Positions 1 to 18,097 of a stretch of DNA of 64,000 nt are shown in pieces (positions within the stretch are counted from its first letter, which is position 1; each line of letters begins with the position of its first letter). The position numbers and the translations under genes are program-made. The notes under the pieces were generated by a model. It made no database searches. It was not told where the DNA came from and saw only the letters and a program-made list of their open reading frames with translations. The stretch is from Balanoglossus misakiensis. Its lineage: Eukaryota > Animalia > Hemichordata. The stretch lies in the NCBI GenBank assembly GCA_040954595.2, contig CM082577.2, positions 9,945,846-10,009,845 of the forward strand, written 5' to 3'.

Positions 1-230
1 TAAAGCGTCGTAAATTTTAAAATGGGAAAACACTGTTTAATTTCCGGAGGAAGTGTACAGATAAATTTAACCTTTAATTCCATACTTGACGGGGCTAACG
101 TTGGCGTCGTGGGAGTCGTTTGTGCATGTGCCTTTGACATTTCACGCTTGTTGCTGTACTGATGATTGTTTTTTCACGGTCTGTGATCTTTAAAAAAATA
201 CTTAGTAGTTTCTTACCATTTCTGCAACAG

Positions 231-1459
231 AATTACTCAGTATTCCAAAATGATGTCCCTCACCTCGTGGCCGTCAACTTCGTACTCAGTAAGTAACGTG
301 AGATTTCTAAGATAATTAAAGATGCAAGAACAACCGTTTTAGAAATGAAGGGCATCGGTTTATCTTGTTCACTGCTTGAAAACTAGATTGTTACGTGAAA
401 TATTTGTTTTCTCTACGTGATTAGATATATTATCTATTTGTTTATCTACTCCCTTCCACTCACTCACTCACTCACTCACTCACTCACTCACTCACTCACT
501 CACTGTTTTGCCTTCTTTCAAAAGCCTAATTTGTTAAGTAGCCTACTAGCAGTGAATCCAAAAATAAGATCCTTAATGGCAAAAGACGACGGAATAAGGT
601 ATGGCTTTGTTTTATGTTTTTTGTGACATAGAGATTCTTTTCTTATTCGGACGAAATCAATCAATCAATCAATCAATCAATCAACAATTGAAATATGTGA
701 CAGTGATTGACGTATGACATTAATTTCTTAAAACTGACGTGGGGTGTAATATAGGATTCACAAGCTGCAGAATACATGTTGAATTTGATGAAATGCCTGT
801 CGCAAACATTGGTTTGCTAAGAATATTGTGTTTTCATTTTTTCCAGCGAAAACCTGGCACGTTTGAAGGTATATTTCGAATCACTGAATTATGAACTTGT
901 GTCAGAGGTTGAAGATTACCCAGTGAGTATTACGGTGTTTAACTTGTTAACGTTACGACGAATGGCTGTTTTGCAGGGCTAGTCGTCAAAGGCATGCCTT
1001 TCCTATCTCGGAGTTGTTAGAGGGGTTTTAGTCAACCTGATGTGTTCTTAGCAACGGAATGACAATGACGCAAGGTCATGTATACATGTAGGAGTTACTG
1101 AAATGCCCTATTACAAAGCTATGTTCCCAACCCGAGTTTTCTATCCTCACAACTCGGGTATATCATCAGAGCGGCTCGATGTACATATATGCTAGCCCCT
1201 ATACACTCTGAACGGTAATTTTCAGATACAGTACTGCCAGATTCACGGGCGTCTTGTCGTCTGTTTGTTTCTGTAGCTCAGTCACCTGTGGGCTGATATA
1301 GGGGGCGCACTTGGCCTGTGGATTGGTCTCTCTCTCATCACTGTCGTCGAGTTCGTAGAATTTGTCTTCGAAGTGTGCACCAGAGCCAAAAGAGAACGAA
1401 GAGGGCGCCACCATGTTAGAAAAGATACAGTTAGCCAAAACCAAGAAGAGAGGTCTTAG
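231..1459 (+). CDS. DEG/ENaC (ASIC-like) amiloride-sensitive channel subunit, 3' part (gene starts upstream of window); exons 231-288, 525-598, 847-922, 1277-1459
   Basis: The four GT-AG exons splice in frame to ...ITQYSKMMSLTSWPSTSYS/PNLLSSLLAVNPKIRSLMAKDDGIS/ENLARLKVYFESLNYELVSEVEDYP/LSHLWADIGGALGLWIGLSLITVVEFVEFVFEVCTRAKRERRGRHHVRKDTVSQNQEERS*. The VYFExLNY and ADIGGxxGLxxGxS (TM2, GxS filter) segments are family hallmarks. Confidence 0.92.
457..504. repeat. (CACT)n microsatellite in intron
   Basis: Direct reading of the cactcact run just upstream of the acceptor at 524. Confidence 0.95.
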
Positions 1460-2302
1460 GAAAATTTCTGTCAACGACACGAAGAGCACTACCGGTAACT
1501 CATAAGCAAGCAAACGTTTTTATATACACAGTGTTTTTGATAGTTGAACATTTCAGGTTTGTAACAAAAATAATCACCAAGTAATAGGCTGATAATTTTA
1601 TCAACTTTAAGAAACATTTTTCGGCTATTAATTATGTATAAACTTACCCTGAATGTAGCCTATTAATATTCTTGATATATTATCGTTCAAATATCATCTA
1701 AATGTTTTGAGCTATTTTTGTAGTTGTATAGTTGTTTGTGTATGGTCGTCAATTCTGAATAAACTTTGATAATTCAGTTTTTTCCTGTATTTCATAGTGG
1801 AACTCTACTTGTGTTAAAAGGCTCAGTGTTTTATAATGTCTAAAAATCATCTTTTGGCCAAAAGACTTGGTGTTATTTTCTGATGATCCTAAAATATCTG
1901 CACTGTCAAAATGGCTGTTATTTGAATACTTACTGCCAATATATAATCTCTTAAAGTTAGCTATTTATTTTCTTTCACATATAATATAACGTATATTTCT
2001 CTCCTTCATGGACATCAAATTATTGTATCAAATTAAATACATTACGTAAATATGTTAACACAGTTGCTTGTTGTCTCGTCCAATTAAATCACTTGACACA
2101 TTTGATCGAATTAAAGAATTATTTATTATCAAACAAATTAGCATGTATTACGTCTTATTTCTTTCCCTCCACCATTTATGGTTCAAATGAAAATACATGT
2201 GCAATATTCGTCCCATTGTAGTACCCGGCTCATTTATAAATGGAGAACCGCAAGAGCGTCCCACTTTTACATCAACGCATTAAATGATCTGTGCTTTGGG
2301 TA

Positions 2303-2533
2303 TAGACTTGCTCCAAGTCTATGGGCTTCATTTTATGTGTAGGGAACGCGTAGGCCCGCTACCCGAAACCACAAGCTCAGTCCCAAATTCGAAACTCACC
2401 TCACTACCAAAAACACGCTCAAGGCAAGCATGCACGCAAAAAGTATTGCAATTATTTATTACGACAAAAAACCACCGAACACACAAAAAGTATTGAGATT
2501 TAAAAATCACCAAGCGACTAGTGGGCTAGTCTA
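2303..2533. mobile_element. MITE, TAG...CTA termini, 9-bp TSD (family A, copy 1)
   Basis: Ends tagacttgc...gctagtcta are flanked by the perfect direct repeat CTTTGGGTA (2294-2302 and 2534-2542). A reverse-complement copy lies at 21743-21945. Confidence 0.88.
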
Positions 2534-3970
2534 CTTTGGGTACATTATCAAGGACATCTCAAAGCAGTATCATAACGACACGCGATTGTGAACTTGGGAC
2601 TGTATTCAGTGGCGACTCGATGTTGTAAATAATTCGGTGTATGGCAGATGTGTCTTGCGGGGTGATGTTTGTGATTGTTTCCCAGAAGTGCAGGCGAGGT
2701 CAAGGGCAATGTGATATCAGCAAGGGATACAATCGATGTCATTCATCGATCTGATAAGAGGAAGTTGGCGCCTTCAACAGTTGTATAGCTTGCTGTCTAT
2801 GAAATTGTACTATTTCGAGCCGTTTGCCTATCATCACGACACAAAGAGTAAAAGACACAAAGTGTGATAGATAGGTTAATAATTTATATTCATGCAATTT
2901 TTCCAGAGTGTCGCTCCAAAATAGAAATCAAAGCATAATTAACACTACTATGGATAATGACTGATAATGAAACTTCAGTTACGAAAACGTAAACAGAATA
3001 CTGCAAAAATAGTGAACAAATTATACAGTTGCAAACCGTTAATGATCAACAGACAGGTCGCATCACGCTTTATTTACCTTTCAATGTAAAAAACGGTGTG
3101 CCGATATACGGTTCTATTGTTTGAAATATAATGTTCTTCTCATAGTACACGTCACCAAAACCCCTCTTGTTCGATATAAATATAGCCGTATGTGTTCTGA
3201 ACAATAGTGGACGACATTTCATTCATAATTAGCGTAGCATATGGCCCACCGTGTCACAAATGCATTTGCAAAGCCGGGGCGACAGAAGTCAGACCAATTA
3301 CAAATTTATCCCGCATTTCTACAATACAGGCCTATTTAACACAATTGGAACTATTTTTGGATAGTTCCACGCCATGCAATTAGACCGTGTAAGCTTTCAG
3401 TAGAGTACACATACTACACACCCGCTGTACTATTAACTCTTTTTTTGCTTGTCCAAACAATGGCAGATTTGTTACATTCTCCCCGAGAACAATACCGCTC
3501 GTGTTGTACACAATTTAGTCGTATATGGTGTCGAAACTTTTAGTGAGAACAAGACTATGATTCATTATTTTCTGGTACGTGTATTCCACCCGACACCTTT
3601 ATGATTCACAGCCCAACAAAACCACGGGACGCTATCAAACCCCTAAACAATGAGCCGGATGACTGACAGCATGACATTAATAGATGCTTCTGCCAGCATC
3701 TCGTGTTTATGGCAAGATTGTGATATTTTTGTATATTTGGTGACAGTGTCTATTGTTTGAAATGTTTGTCTGAAAGGATTTTCACCCGTCACTTACGCGC
3801 ATGCGCTCACGGCGCAACTGTGGGGAAATATAAGCGTACATTGTACGTGTGTTAACTTTCATCACCCGGTGTTACTTTTGGCAACAAGCTCAACAACTAA
3901 GTCAGAAGTCTGTCGCGTGCTTCGTAATTTCAAAATTTGTGCAATCTCTTCACACAGCCAAGAAGCAGAG

Positions 3971-5935
3971 ATGTTTAAAGTAACCCTAGTCGGAATTTTG
4001 GCAATTCATGTGTTGGCACAGAATATAAAATCCGGTGAGTATGTTAAATTCTGCGTACGTATTCTCAATGCAATTTTCATCAGTACACATGCATATATTA
4101 TATCAGAAGAAATTGTGCTCAATACTTTGGTTCATTATGGCCGTGACGTCTCGACAGTTATTTTTTTTATAATTACATACACCTATCCTGTTTTAGATGC
4201 TACAACATATGCCCGGTAAAATTGATTTCACCGTTTTTCAGTATATAGGCGAAGTTAGCTATCCCTTAGTTCAGCTCGGAAACGCGATTGGAAAATGGTG
4301 CAGATACCAAAATAGTAGTTTAGCACCTAAATAATAGTAGTTTTGAACTCAAAATAACCGTTTGGAAACATTTTTGAAAATGTGATTACGATGCAAGGAG
4401 GAATAAGACTGGGCTGCTTTCTTGTCCACAGCTGTAGCCGAATGTGATCAGGGAAAGTTCGAGTGTAATTCGGGTGAATGTATTCCCAGCGACTATGTCT
4501 GTGATCAGATGGTTGACTGCCCTGGCGGCGATCAAGAAGATGAGGAGGGTTGTCCAATAGGTGAGCACGACGAGCAAATAACAATCATCTGTGAATTGTC
4601 TAAAGTCCGCAAGCAAAAGAGTCCTGACAAGTACGAGAATAAAAACTCGTAATTACGAGATAAAAAACGAGATATTTTTTTTTTTTACAAATTGGCCTCA
4701 ATATGCTTCCGTACGGACGGACAGACAGACGGACAGACAGACAGACAGACAATTATGTCATGCTAATATTGTGGTGAATCTGGTTCGTGTCTTTTAGAAC
4801 CCTGCACGTATGAGAATGACTTCCAGTGCGACAACGGCGTGTGTATTGTCGGCTATCTAAAATGTAACGGCAACCCGGACTGTAAAAATGGCGAAGACGA
4901 AATATGTGGTGAGTCGGTATAGTCTGGCGCAAAACAAAGCCAAGAAATTCTTGCGATTTCTGTGTCCAGTGTAAAAAGGGATTCATTTTCACTCATTGTA
5001 GAGTGTCAGTGCTACCTATCACGAAAAAAAAATCTCCTTTTGATATACCACGTGCTCAGTAAAAAAGCTATAGTGACTATTGTTTCATTTCCTAAAGGTC
5101 CATCTTGTAACGAGTGTAACAGATGGATGAGAGTGACGAACGATGAAATACATATAGACTGTGGACACGGTGGTTCGAGGTACCCTCAAACCTGTCCTGT
5201 TGGGGTAAGTATAATTCCGCCATTGTGTATAATTTCAAAGACATGACTTTTTATTGTATTTTAGCTTTTTTGTTTTTGTTTTTCTCTCTAAACAGGATAC
5301 CTGTATTACCCGTGTAAAACAAGCAGATGATGGAAAAGTCAAGGCATGGCTTGGTTGTTGGCCAAAACAGGTAAATTGGTGCCATGCAGCGTTTTTTTGT
5401 AAAACGGCGTAAAACATGTTTTTTTTTTCGAAGGTCCACGACAATGCATGTCATTTGCCGCATGTATAGATAATGCTGGTTGTGTACTGTACTCACCGTT
5501 TAGCCCTTGACAGATTTCTTTCCCTTTGAAAATAAACGCGGAACTATTCAACTCGCCCAAAATGAATAAATAGCAGAGCCCGATTATTAATTTTGGCGAG
5601 TTCTTTCACTCTCGTGTCTACAAGTGGGATGGAAGTTGTGTATGGTTCGGTACATTGATTCACTATATGTCCACATGAATATTAACATAAACGGTGTCTT
5701 GTATCAAACATAATTAATGGTAACTGGCAGCGAGAGAGAGACTTTGTCCCTTTAACGGCCTGAAAATTTCCTTTTCTTCACGTGATTTCAGCGGTGCGAG
5801 CGTCAAAGTAAGAAAAACGGACCGGGCTGCAAAAAAAACCCGATGGAAGTGGCCGCCGGACAGATCTGCTCGTTCTGTTGCGATGATCCCGACTGCAATG
5901 TATCTCCGACCGAAGATGACGTCATCGCAGTTTAA
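3971..5935 (+). CDS. Secreted protein (~209 aa): signal peptide + 2x LDL-receptor class A + Ly6/uPAR (three-finger) domain; exons 3971-4034, 4432-4560, 4798-4908, 5098-5204, 5296-5370, 5792-5935
   Basis: MFKVTLVGILAIHVLAQ signal peptide. Phase 1-1 exons encode CDQGKFECNSGECIPSDYVCDQMVDCPGGDQEDEEGC and CTYENDFQCDNGVCIVGYLKCNGNPDCKNGEDEIC (LDLa). They are followed by SCNEC...DC...TC...TC...GC...C...C...CSFCCDDPDCN (CxxC start, CCxxxxCN end). All splice sites are canonical and phases are compatible; ATTAAA at 6021 and AATAAA at 6122. Confidence 0.85.
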
Positions 5936-6208
5936 TTTCCCATTTCTGGTTCCGGTTCCGGTTCCACGACGAATGCCAGGCATGATGGGAAACATGGCTA
6001 TCATGTCACCAGCTTTGGCTATTAAAATGTCTCTTTATTAAAAGAATCTTTTAATCAAATATTGTGGCTGTTGGTGTTATTGTTTCTTTGTTCATCATGA
6101 TAATTACTGTGTTAACACTGCAATAAAATCTGGCCAGCACTGTTTTTGGGTTCGATGAGGAGACACGCGTCGGGTTTCATAAAATGCTTATTTGTTAAAA
6201 ACTTGTTC

Positions 6209-6250
6209 TACCAACGTTTCGATCCTTCACTGAGGATCTTCTTCAGGGAT
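6209..6250 (-). ncRNA. Penelope-type minimal type I hammerhead ribozyme motif
   Basis: The minus strand reads ucc-CUGAAGA-a-GAUCCU-caguga-AGGAUC-GAAAC-GUU-gg: conserved core CUGANGA, a 6-bp stem II and a GAAAC/GUH palindromic stem III. Stem I is very short. Confidence 0.6.
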
Positions 6251-6578
6251 CTAAAAATAGCAAAATGTTTTTGGATAGTTTTTCATTGACATGTGTAAGT
6301 TTCTGGTTTACCCAGTCTGGACCTGGTGTAAATGAAATGAGGTGAAAAGACTACGTTTCCATTGAAATGTGTATCAAGTTAATCCACATGCTTTCAGATA
6401 AAACAGATGAAATGGCGGGTGGTTATACCTTGAACCCTGGACTGTCATTTCAATGTGTCCTTAATTGAACTTTATACTGCCCGACGATTTGATACTCAAC
6501 TAAACTGGAGGGTGTATAAGTGATACAATTAACGTTGTGCTGATAAAGTTTGTCATTTGTTGTAGACGTGTGTGCAAA

Positions 6579-11500
<4,922 letters not shown>

Positions 11501-12778
11501 AAAATAACATACTGTGTGGCAGATATTCGACTAAAATATACGTATACGTTTAGACTGCTGTCAATATTCGAGATTCAAGTTTTCGTTCATCGTCACATGT
11601 TTCATGTATTTAATTTTATGTGCAACGCGTTAGACAGGCAAACGCCAGTCAAATGCATACGTACTCTTGTCGAGGGCGCTTCCTTCTCAAAAATGACTCA
11701 ATGTATCTGTATGTTTGTCAAGTCATGATCTGTTTTTCATGACCAGGACCATTCAGCGTACATAATGTACGTTCTCTTGTCGTCAGGGTCATTGTGCGTG
11801 CAAGACAATACTGCAAGCCCTATACAAGTATATATAAATTTGTTTTGATGAAAGTGTATATAAATATGTGTATTCCCAACTATTTTCGAGAAAATTGCTT
11901 AATTCTTGGACTTAGGTCAATTACCCATAAGGGACGTGTTTATGACAGGGATGTGTCGCGTGTGTTTGCAATAAAGTAAATCATTGTTGCTTTGTCAAAT
12001 TTATTAAAATCAATTATTAAATTGACTAAATCATTCTAGAATGTGTAGAGTGCATTTTCAATATTAACACCCCATTCCTTTATAATACTCAAACAAATAC
12101 ATGTATGGTCACTGTACTGTACTAACACTTTAATTGTAGATGACACAATCCACATTTTAAAGGTGCTATTTAGCTCTTAATTATACCAGCTATCGCTGTC
12201 ACTGAACGAAGAAAACAGTCTTTCCGTCGGCAGCGTGCACGGCCGGCAGGCTTGGCCATGGCTACAGACGGGGTGATTTTTGTCGTGGACCACAAAAGAA
12301 ATGACACTTGGCTTCACATCTTTGGCATTTTTAATTATTAATTTATACCGTACGCCATTATTTGTGTTGATGACACATCTAGGCGCATGAAAAAAGAGAG
12401 GTCTATCCGTTTATTTTCCTTCAAGTCTGTGTATGAACGATGCTAAGACCTCGGGCTGGCGGTAAGAAGCGAAACGGGGTTGGCCGTCAAAAGTGCAAAT
12501 ATTTTTCCGTCTTTTATAAGTCTATTGTTGAGCACTTCCGCCAAGATCCGCTGGTTGCAACAGAGGTCGGTCAAATCGAGAAAACTATACGCGAGATTTG
12601 ATAAAGTTACAAAGCCTTGATTAATGAAAAATTAACTAGAATGTCTCGTGGTATTCTGCTGCCACGATCGGTACAATATGACACAGGATCAAAGTTTGTT
12701 TAATTTTGAACTTTGGCAGAGTATCTATAAGTGTATCATGATCAGTCCATTCTAATCTAGTAGGCCGCTACACACAAT

Positions 12779-15700
12779 ATGGAGGTGCAGACAACTGTGT
12801 TTTTTGCCTTCGCCATCGGCGCACTGTTTACCACTTCAAATGCTTCCAATTACGACTGGGGCGGTGACACTGTGGTAGTGAGTGTTCCCTCGCAGGGAGA
12901 TTTCAGGGGAAGACGGTATCAGATGGACGACACGGGTGATTTTTCCGTCAACTTCTTTGGCCGGGTTCCGTTTGCCGCGCCGCCAGTTGGCGATCTGCGG
13001 TTCCGCCCTCCTGGAGCTGCACCCACGTGGGAAGGCGAGCGGGACTCGACCTACTACGGCCCCGCTTGTCCGCAGCTGGGGGCGATTTTCTACAACTTCT
13101 CCCTGCCTACCATTCCCGTACCAACCGCTCCTCCTCCCATTGGCCCTCCGTCGCCTTTTCCTCAGTATTCCTTCATGGAGGCAATGGTTGCAGCCGAGAT
13201 CCTGCAAATAATCGCCCCCGAAGCCGAACCACCGATCACCTTACCCGACCCAATGAAAGACAGACTGAAAGATCTCATAGGAAACATAAGCTTACCAATC
13301 GACCTGGGAAGAATCATCGGTGTCATCAGGAACATATCACAGAGTAATCTCACCCTCAGTGACGCACTGGACGAAGATTGCCTTTATATGAACATATACG
13401 CACCGGAGGTAAAGTTATAATTATTTTTTTCTCAAGTACATGTATTGTTCTTATTTTAATGACCCCATTCGAAGACCGACAATCGTCTTATGCGCATGTG
13501 CCAAACCAGAAACTCTAGTTACAACCATTGTATACAGTCAATGCCAAAAGGCAGTGTGCTGTCCGAACGACAGACAAGATGGCGGCGACGATAGAAGATG
13601 CATTTGAAGATGCAAATCGGTTGGCCGAAATGTGCCACGGATTGGGGGTCTTCGAACCTGAAACATGCATGCTAGGCAAGCATATCTTTTGCACATTTTA
13701 AGTGTGTCTATACTTATCACAAGCTAACTATCGCCCATTTCTCTCTCACACGCACAGAAAAAGGGAAACCTAGCGAAATACCCAGTGCTGGTCTTCATTC
13801 AGGGAGGCGGCTACTATGTTGGGACAGCGATGTACATATACGATGGCAGGGTTCTGGCCGAGAGGCAGAATGCCGTGGTTGTCACGTTCAACTATCGTCT
13901 CGGGGCACTAGGTATCTCATTTTGAATCAAGCTCCATTAGCTGCATTTTTTCGCTATGTTTTCACTATTTTTGCTTTGTGCATCTACTGTTGTTTCTTGT
14001 TCAAATTCTTGAAAGATGATGAAATGCCCAGCGTATAGCTTATCAACGCAACATATGTGTGTATAGTCAGCATAGTTATTGTGCAAAATTTACATTCTGT
14101 AGTCGTTGATTTGTCAACAATAGCAATGGTTATTACACACACAAGATATATTTACAAGTGGAGTTTATACTAGGTATGTTGGCATGCTGTTTGGAGGAGA
14201 GCAAGAAATTGCACAGAACAAAAATACTGCACTAAAGCCAAAAGATACAGCTAATGTCCATTTAATGTCATTGTGTCTATTACATCGTGCACAAAGTCTG
14301 CCAAATTGAAAATGTTATCCTATATTATCTTATTTTATCTTGTCTTGTCTTGTTAAAATACATGTATGTGTACATGTATTATTTCATTATCTAAAATAGA
14401 CACTTTATATTAATTTTTTGCACGGTACAGGTTATTTATCAACCACAGACGAGGCGTCTCCCGGAAACTACGGAATGCTGGACCAGGTTGCTGCCATGGA
14501 ATGGGTTCGGAACAACATCGAGTACTTCGGAGGCGACAAGGATTCCATCACGATATTCGGTCAGAGTGCCGGATCAACCAGCGTTGGTCTGCATCTCTTA
14601 TCACCGATGTCTAAAGGTGAGCGATCATTTCTTGGATCATTCGACAAAAACTTTGTTTCTACTACATGTAACAATGTATACGTTTGGGGAAATCATCCCC
14701 ATCCACAGTTCACAACGTCACCCCTGAAAATAACCCCTGTACGGCAGAGGTCGGGAGCAGAATGCATTCGAATGACCATTACAATATAATGTACATTTTG
14801 ATAATGAACAAGATTCTGACCTATGCATCCGCAGGGCTGTTCCACAGGGCCATCCAACAGAGCGGCAGCCCTCTGAGCACGTGGGCGGTGATGCTCCCTC
14901 CGTACGATCCGTTGAACGGTACTTACACATTGGCAGACAACATCGGGTGTCCACGGCAACCGCACACCGATTTAATAGATTGTCTGAGGACGAAAGACGC
15001 CTTTGAAATTTCAAAGCTCTCACCTTTGGTAGGACTTATACTTATACTCATACATTTCTAACAGGTTACAAATATCTAGAACCATTTTATTAGCTTCTGC
15101 AGAAAATCTGTACACGTTCATTTTAACCAACGTATAGACGGAAGGCTTGACGGATAGACGAATAGACAGACAGACAGATAGTCAGACAGACAGACATACA
15201 GCACTGGATCACGTGATCTGTATTAAGTCGTTGCCATGGAAGCTCGTGTACACAAGCTGTGACGTAGTACACATTGGCATGAGTTTCAATTGTATAACTA
15301 TATTCTGCAACCAAAATGCCAGTCTCTAACCGTCACCAACATAGATTCCCTCTCTTACATCTTCTTCACTTATCGGCAGAATCACGATTTGTCGGCCTTC
15401 ATTCCTGTCGTGGACGGTGAGGGCGGCTTTTTACCCGACGATCCAATGACACTCATGGAAAACGGCCAATTTCACAATGTCACCGTGATGTTAGGTTACA
15501 CGAGCGATGAATCGAGCCAAAGTGTGCGTAAGTATATATACGCTCTAACATGTGGCTGTTTCAGATGTCGCAAAGCCGTCAACTAAAACTGAGAACGGAC
15601 GAAGAATACTATGTTGTATCTTTTGTTTTTCAGGCGTCTAACTCATATACACGTAATATGCTGACACTGATCACCGGTGTCATTGAAAAAACAACAACAG

Positions 15701-17596
15701 AATGATATTTCTAGTTCCATGCGTCAATCATATGTATATAAGTGGCGTGTTTTAAATGTTACTTGCATGCGACCACGGATTCCAAGAATATTGTCTAAAC
15801 GTTGCTCCTTGTTATTGTTGCTGATGCAGTTGTGTTGTTTGTGTTGTTGATGCTGATGCCATTGTTTAATAGAACAAACTATACATAACGTGCGTGTCTT
15901 TGTGTCACAAGTATACCTTACATAGCGCATATCTTCAATTCCTTCCAGTAATGTTTGACGACCCCGCGAACGGCATAACTCGCGACGAGTTCCGCGATGC
16001 GTTAATGCGTTACGCAACACGGCGGGCGTACTATTCCGACAACGCCCATCCAGAGGATGTCTTCAGAGCGGTGGAGTACGCCTACACGCCGTGGGAGGAT
16101 CCGGAAGACAAAATATTACTGAGGGACGAATACATGGAAGTAAGTCTAGAGAAGACGAATGTCTTACAGATGATTTGGCGCGTACTTAGCTAAATTCGTA
16201 AATCACAATCACAATCACATTTTCACATTTCCCCTTTCTGTTTTCCTGCATAACGCAATCCTTCAAACTGGAAAGTACAGAAAACACCAGGGAGAACTTG
16301 AATTCGTAACATTTAAGAATAGTACAATGTAATTGCGGTCTCATCGGAACTCATATCATCTCGGGACAATTGTAATATAACGGTATAAGCAACCTCGAAA
16401 TGTTTGACTGAATTAGTAAGAAATCTTTTGGGGTTATTTTTTCAGTATGAAGACGAGTCGTCTTTCGATGCCGGGGTGCACTGGCAAGCCAATCTGAATG
16501 CGATGGCGGGGCTGCCTACCTACATGTACCGCTTCAATCACCCAGGTCCGCTCGGTGAAGACTGGATGGGTAAGAGCCAGTGAGATATCTTCTTCTTGTC
16601 CCGAGACATTTTGCAACGTGACACATGATCTGGTCATGTGACAACGGCATCGTCATTAGAACCGCCAGACACGTAAAATGTATCAGGCATTTCGTCTGGA
16701 CTGTCGTCGTTCGCGCGCGCCACGTTGCTGAAGTTGCCCGTCACCTTGAAATTTGATTTTGAATGCCAACGGAACTGCGTCTGGCTGCGTCTAACGTCAT
16801 TTGATATCGAAGAATAAGACAGCCTGTGCCGATAAATATAGCACGATTTGTCCCTTTTCCTCAGTGGATAATTAATTTGGTGATTTCCGAGTCGTGCTGC
16901 TGTGTCACCGATGCAATATTTATTTTGAAATCCTCTGTTATATACATGTATTACTATCCCAGGGTCTGTCCACACTGACGATCTGTGGTACGTTTTTGGA
17001 ACGCCTTACAACCCGAACAAGTTTACATCCGTGAACTGGACACAGGCAGATCGTGACGTCACGGACACCGTGCAGGGACTGTGGTATAACTTCGCCGCAA
17101 CAGGGTGAGTCGAAACAGCTGACGTCTCTACTAAATGTTTGAACAGCGCTGTGCTCGATTCTATTAAAATGCATTAGTGTTTTCTGAAAGGCATCCAATT
17201 GCAAGAAGCTTGTGTTTATAAATCAGGTTGTATACTTGCGGTACAACATCCTTAAATTTCTCTGTCGCCCGCAGAGACCCTTTGTCGACACCGGTACCCG
17301 GCGTAGAGGGCAGTTGGGAGAAGTACACCAGACACCACCAGAAACAGTTTCACATCGAACACCCGACGAGCAAAGTCGTGGACGAGCCTATCCGCTCTGA
17401 CGCGCACGCGTACTGGATGTACTACGAGGACGAGGTGGTCAAGTCGGCGTCGCGGGAACCGACTCAGCAGTGCGAAGAATGTCCAACAGCGCCACAATGC
17501 GGCGAGCCAGACCCGGTCAGCTCGGGACATCGACTGTTTCCTCACTTGTCAACCTTCGTTGGTCTGTTTGTCGTAATCCTGAAAAATGCCAAGTAA
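12779..17596 (+). CDS. Type-B carboxylesterase/lipase paralog 2, predicted GPI-anchored; exons 12779-13408, 13758-13911, 14431-14616, 14835-15028, 15380-15527, 15949-16139, 16446-16569, 16963-17104, 17275-17596
   Basis: Same 9-exon phase pattern; [24 protein letters not shown]; tail [10 protein letters not shown]...VSSG followed by a hydrophobic stretch. Confidence 0.93.
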
Positions 17597-18097
17597 TGAT
17601 GGACGACTCGACGGTTACAAACCGGTCACGTGGACATCTTTTGAAATGCATGTTTTGTTTTGAACAATCTGACTTTGTCGTATGAAATCCCTGTTTAAAA
17701 AAATACAGTTTAGGTATCGTTCCAATTGTTCAGCCAATGATGCAGTTTTGTCGGTGATTCACTCGATAACTCGATGAACGTGAATCTTGTCTGCGGGGAC
17801 TAAGTTGTCGACTTCACATTCGATACGACTACATTACCCGGACAATTTGCTAAACGTATTTATCCAGGAATCAACTCTCATATTTGCAGGTGAAATTTCA
17901 GTTTCTTTCGATGAAAAATCACAAACTCTGAATTAACATTTGTACCCAAGTATGTTAAATTGTTATTTAAAATCGTTCACACTGTCTCTATAATAATTTT
18001 AATGAGCAATTGATGCACAGAAGCTTGTGAAATGCACACTGCCGTGTTTAGAATGCTTCCTAGTGGTCGTTCACTGTTTGAAAACGTAAAACATGTA

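Noticed and set aside
1199-1513. 104-aa minus-strand ORF
   Set aside because: It is the antisense shadow of the DEG/ENaC TM2 exon on the + strand.
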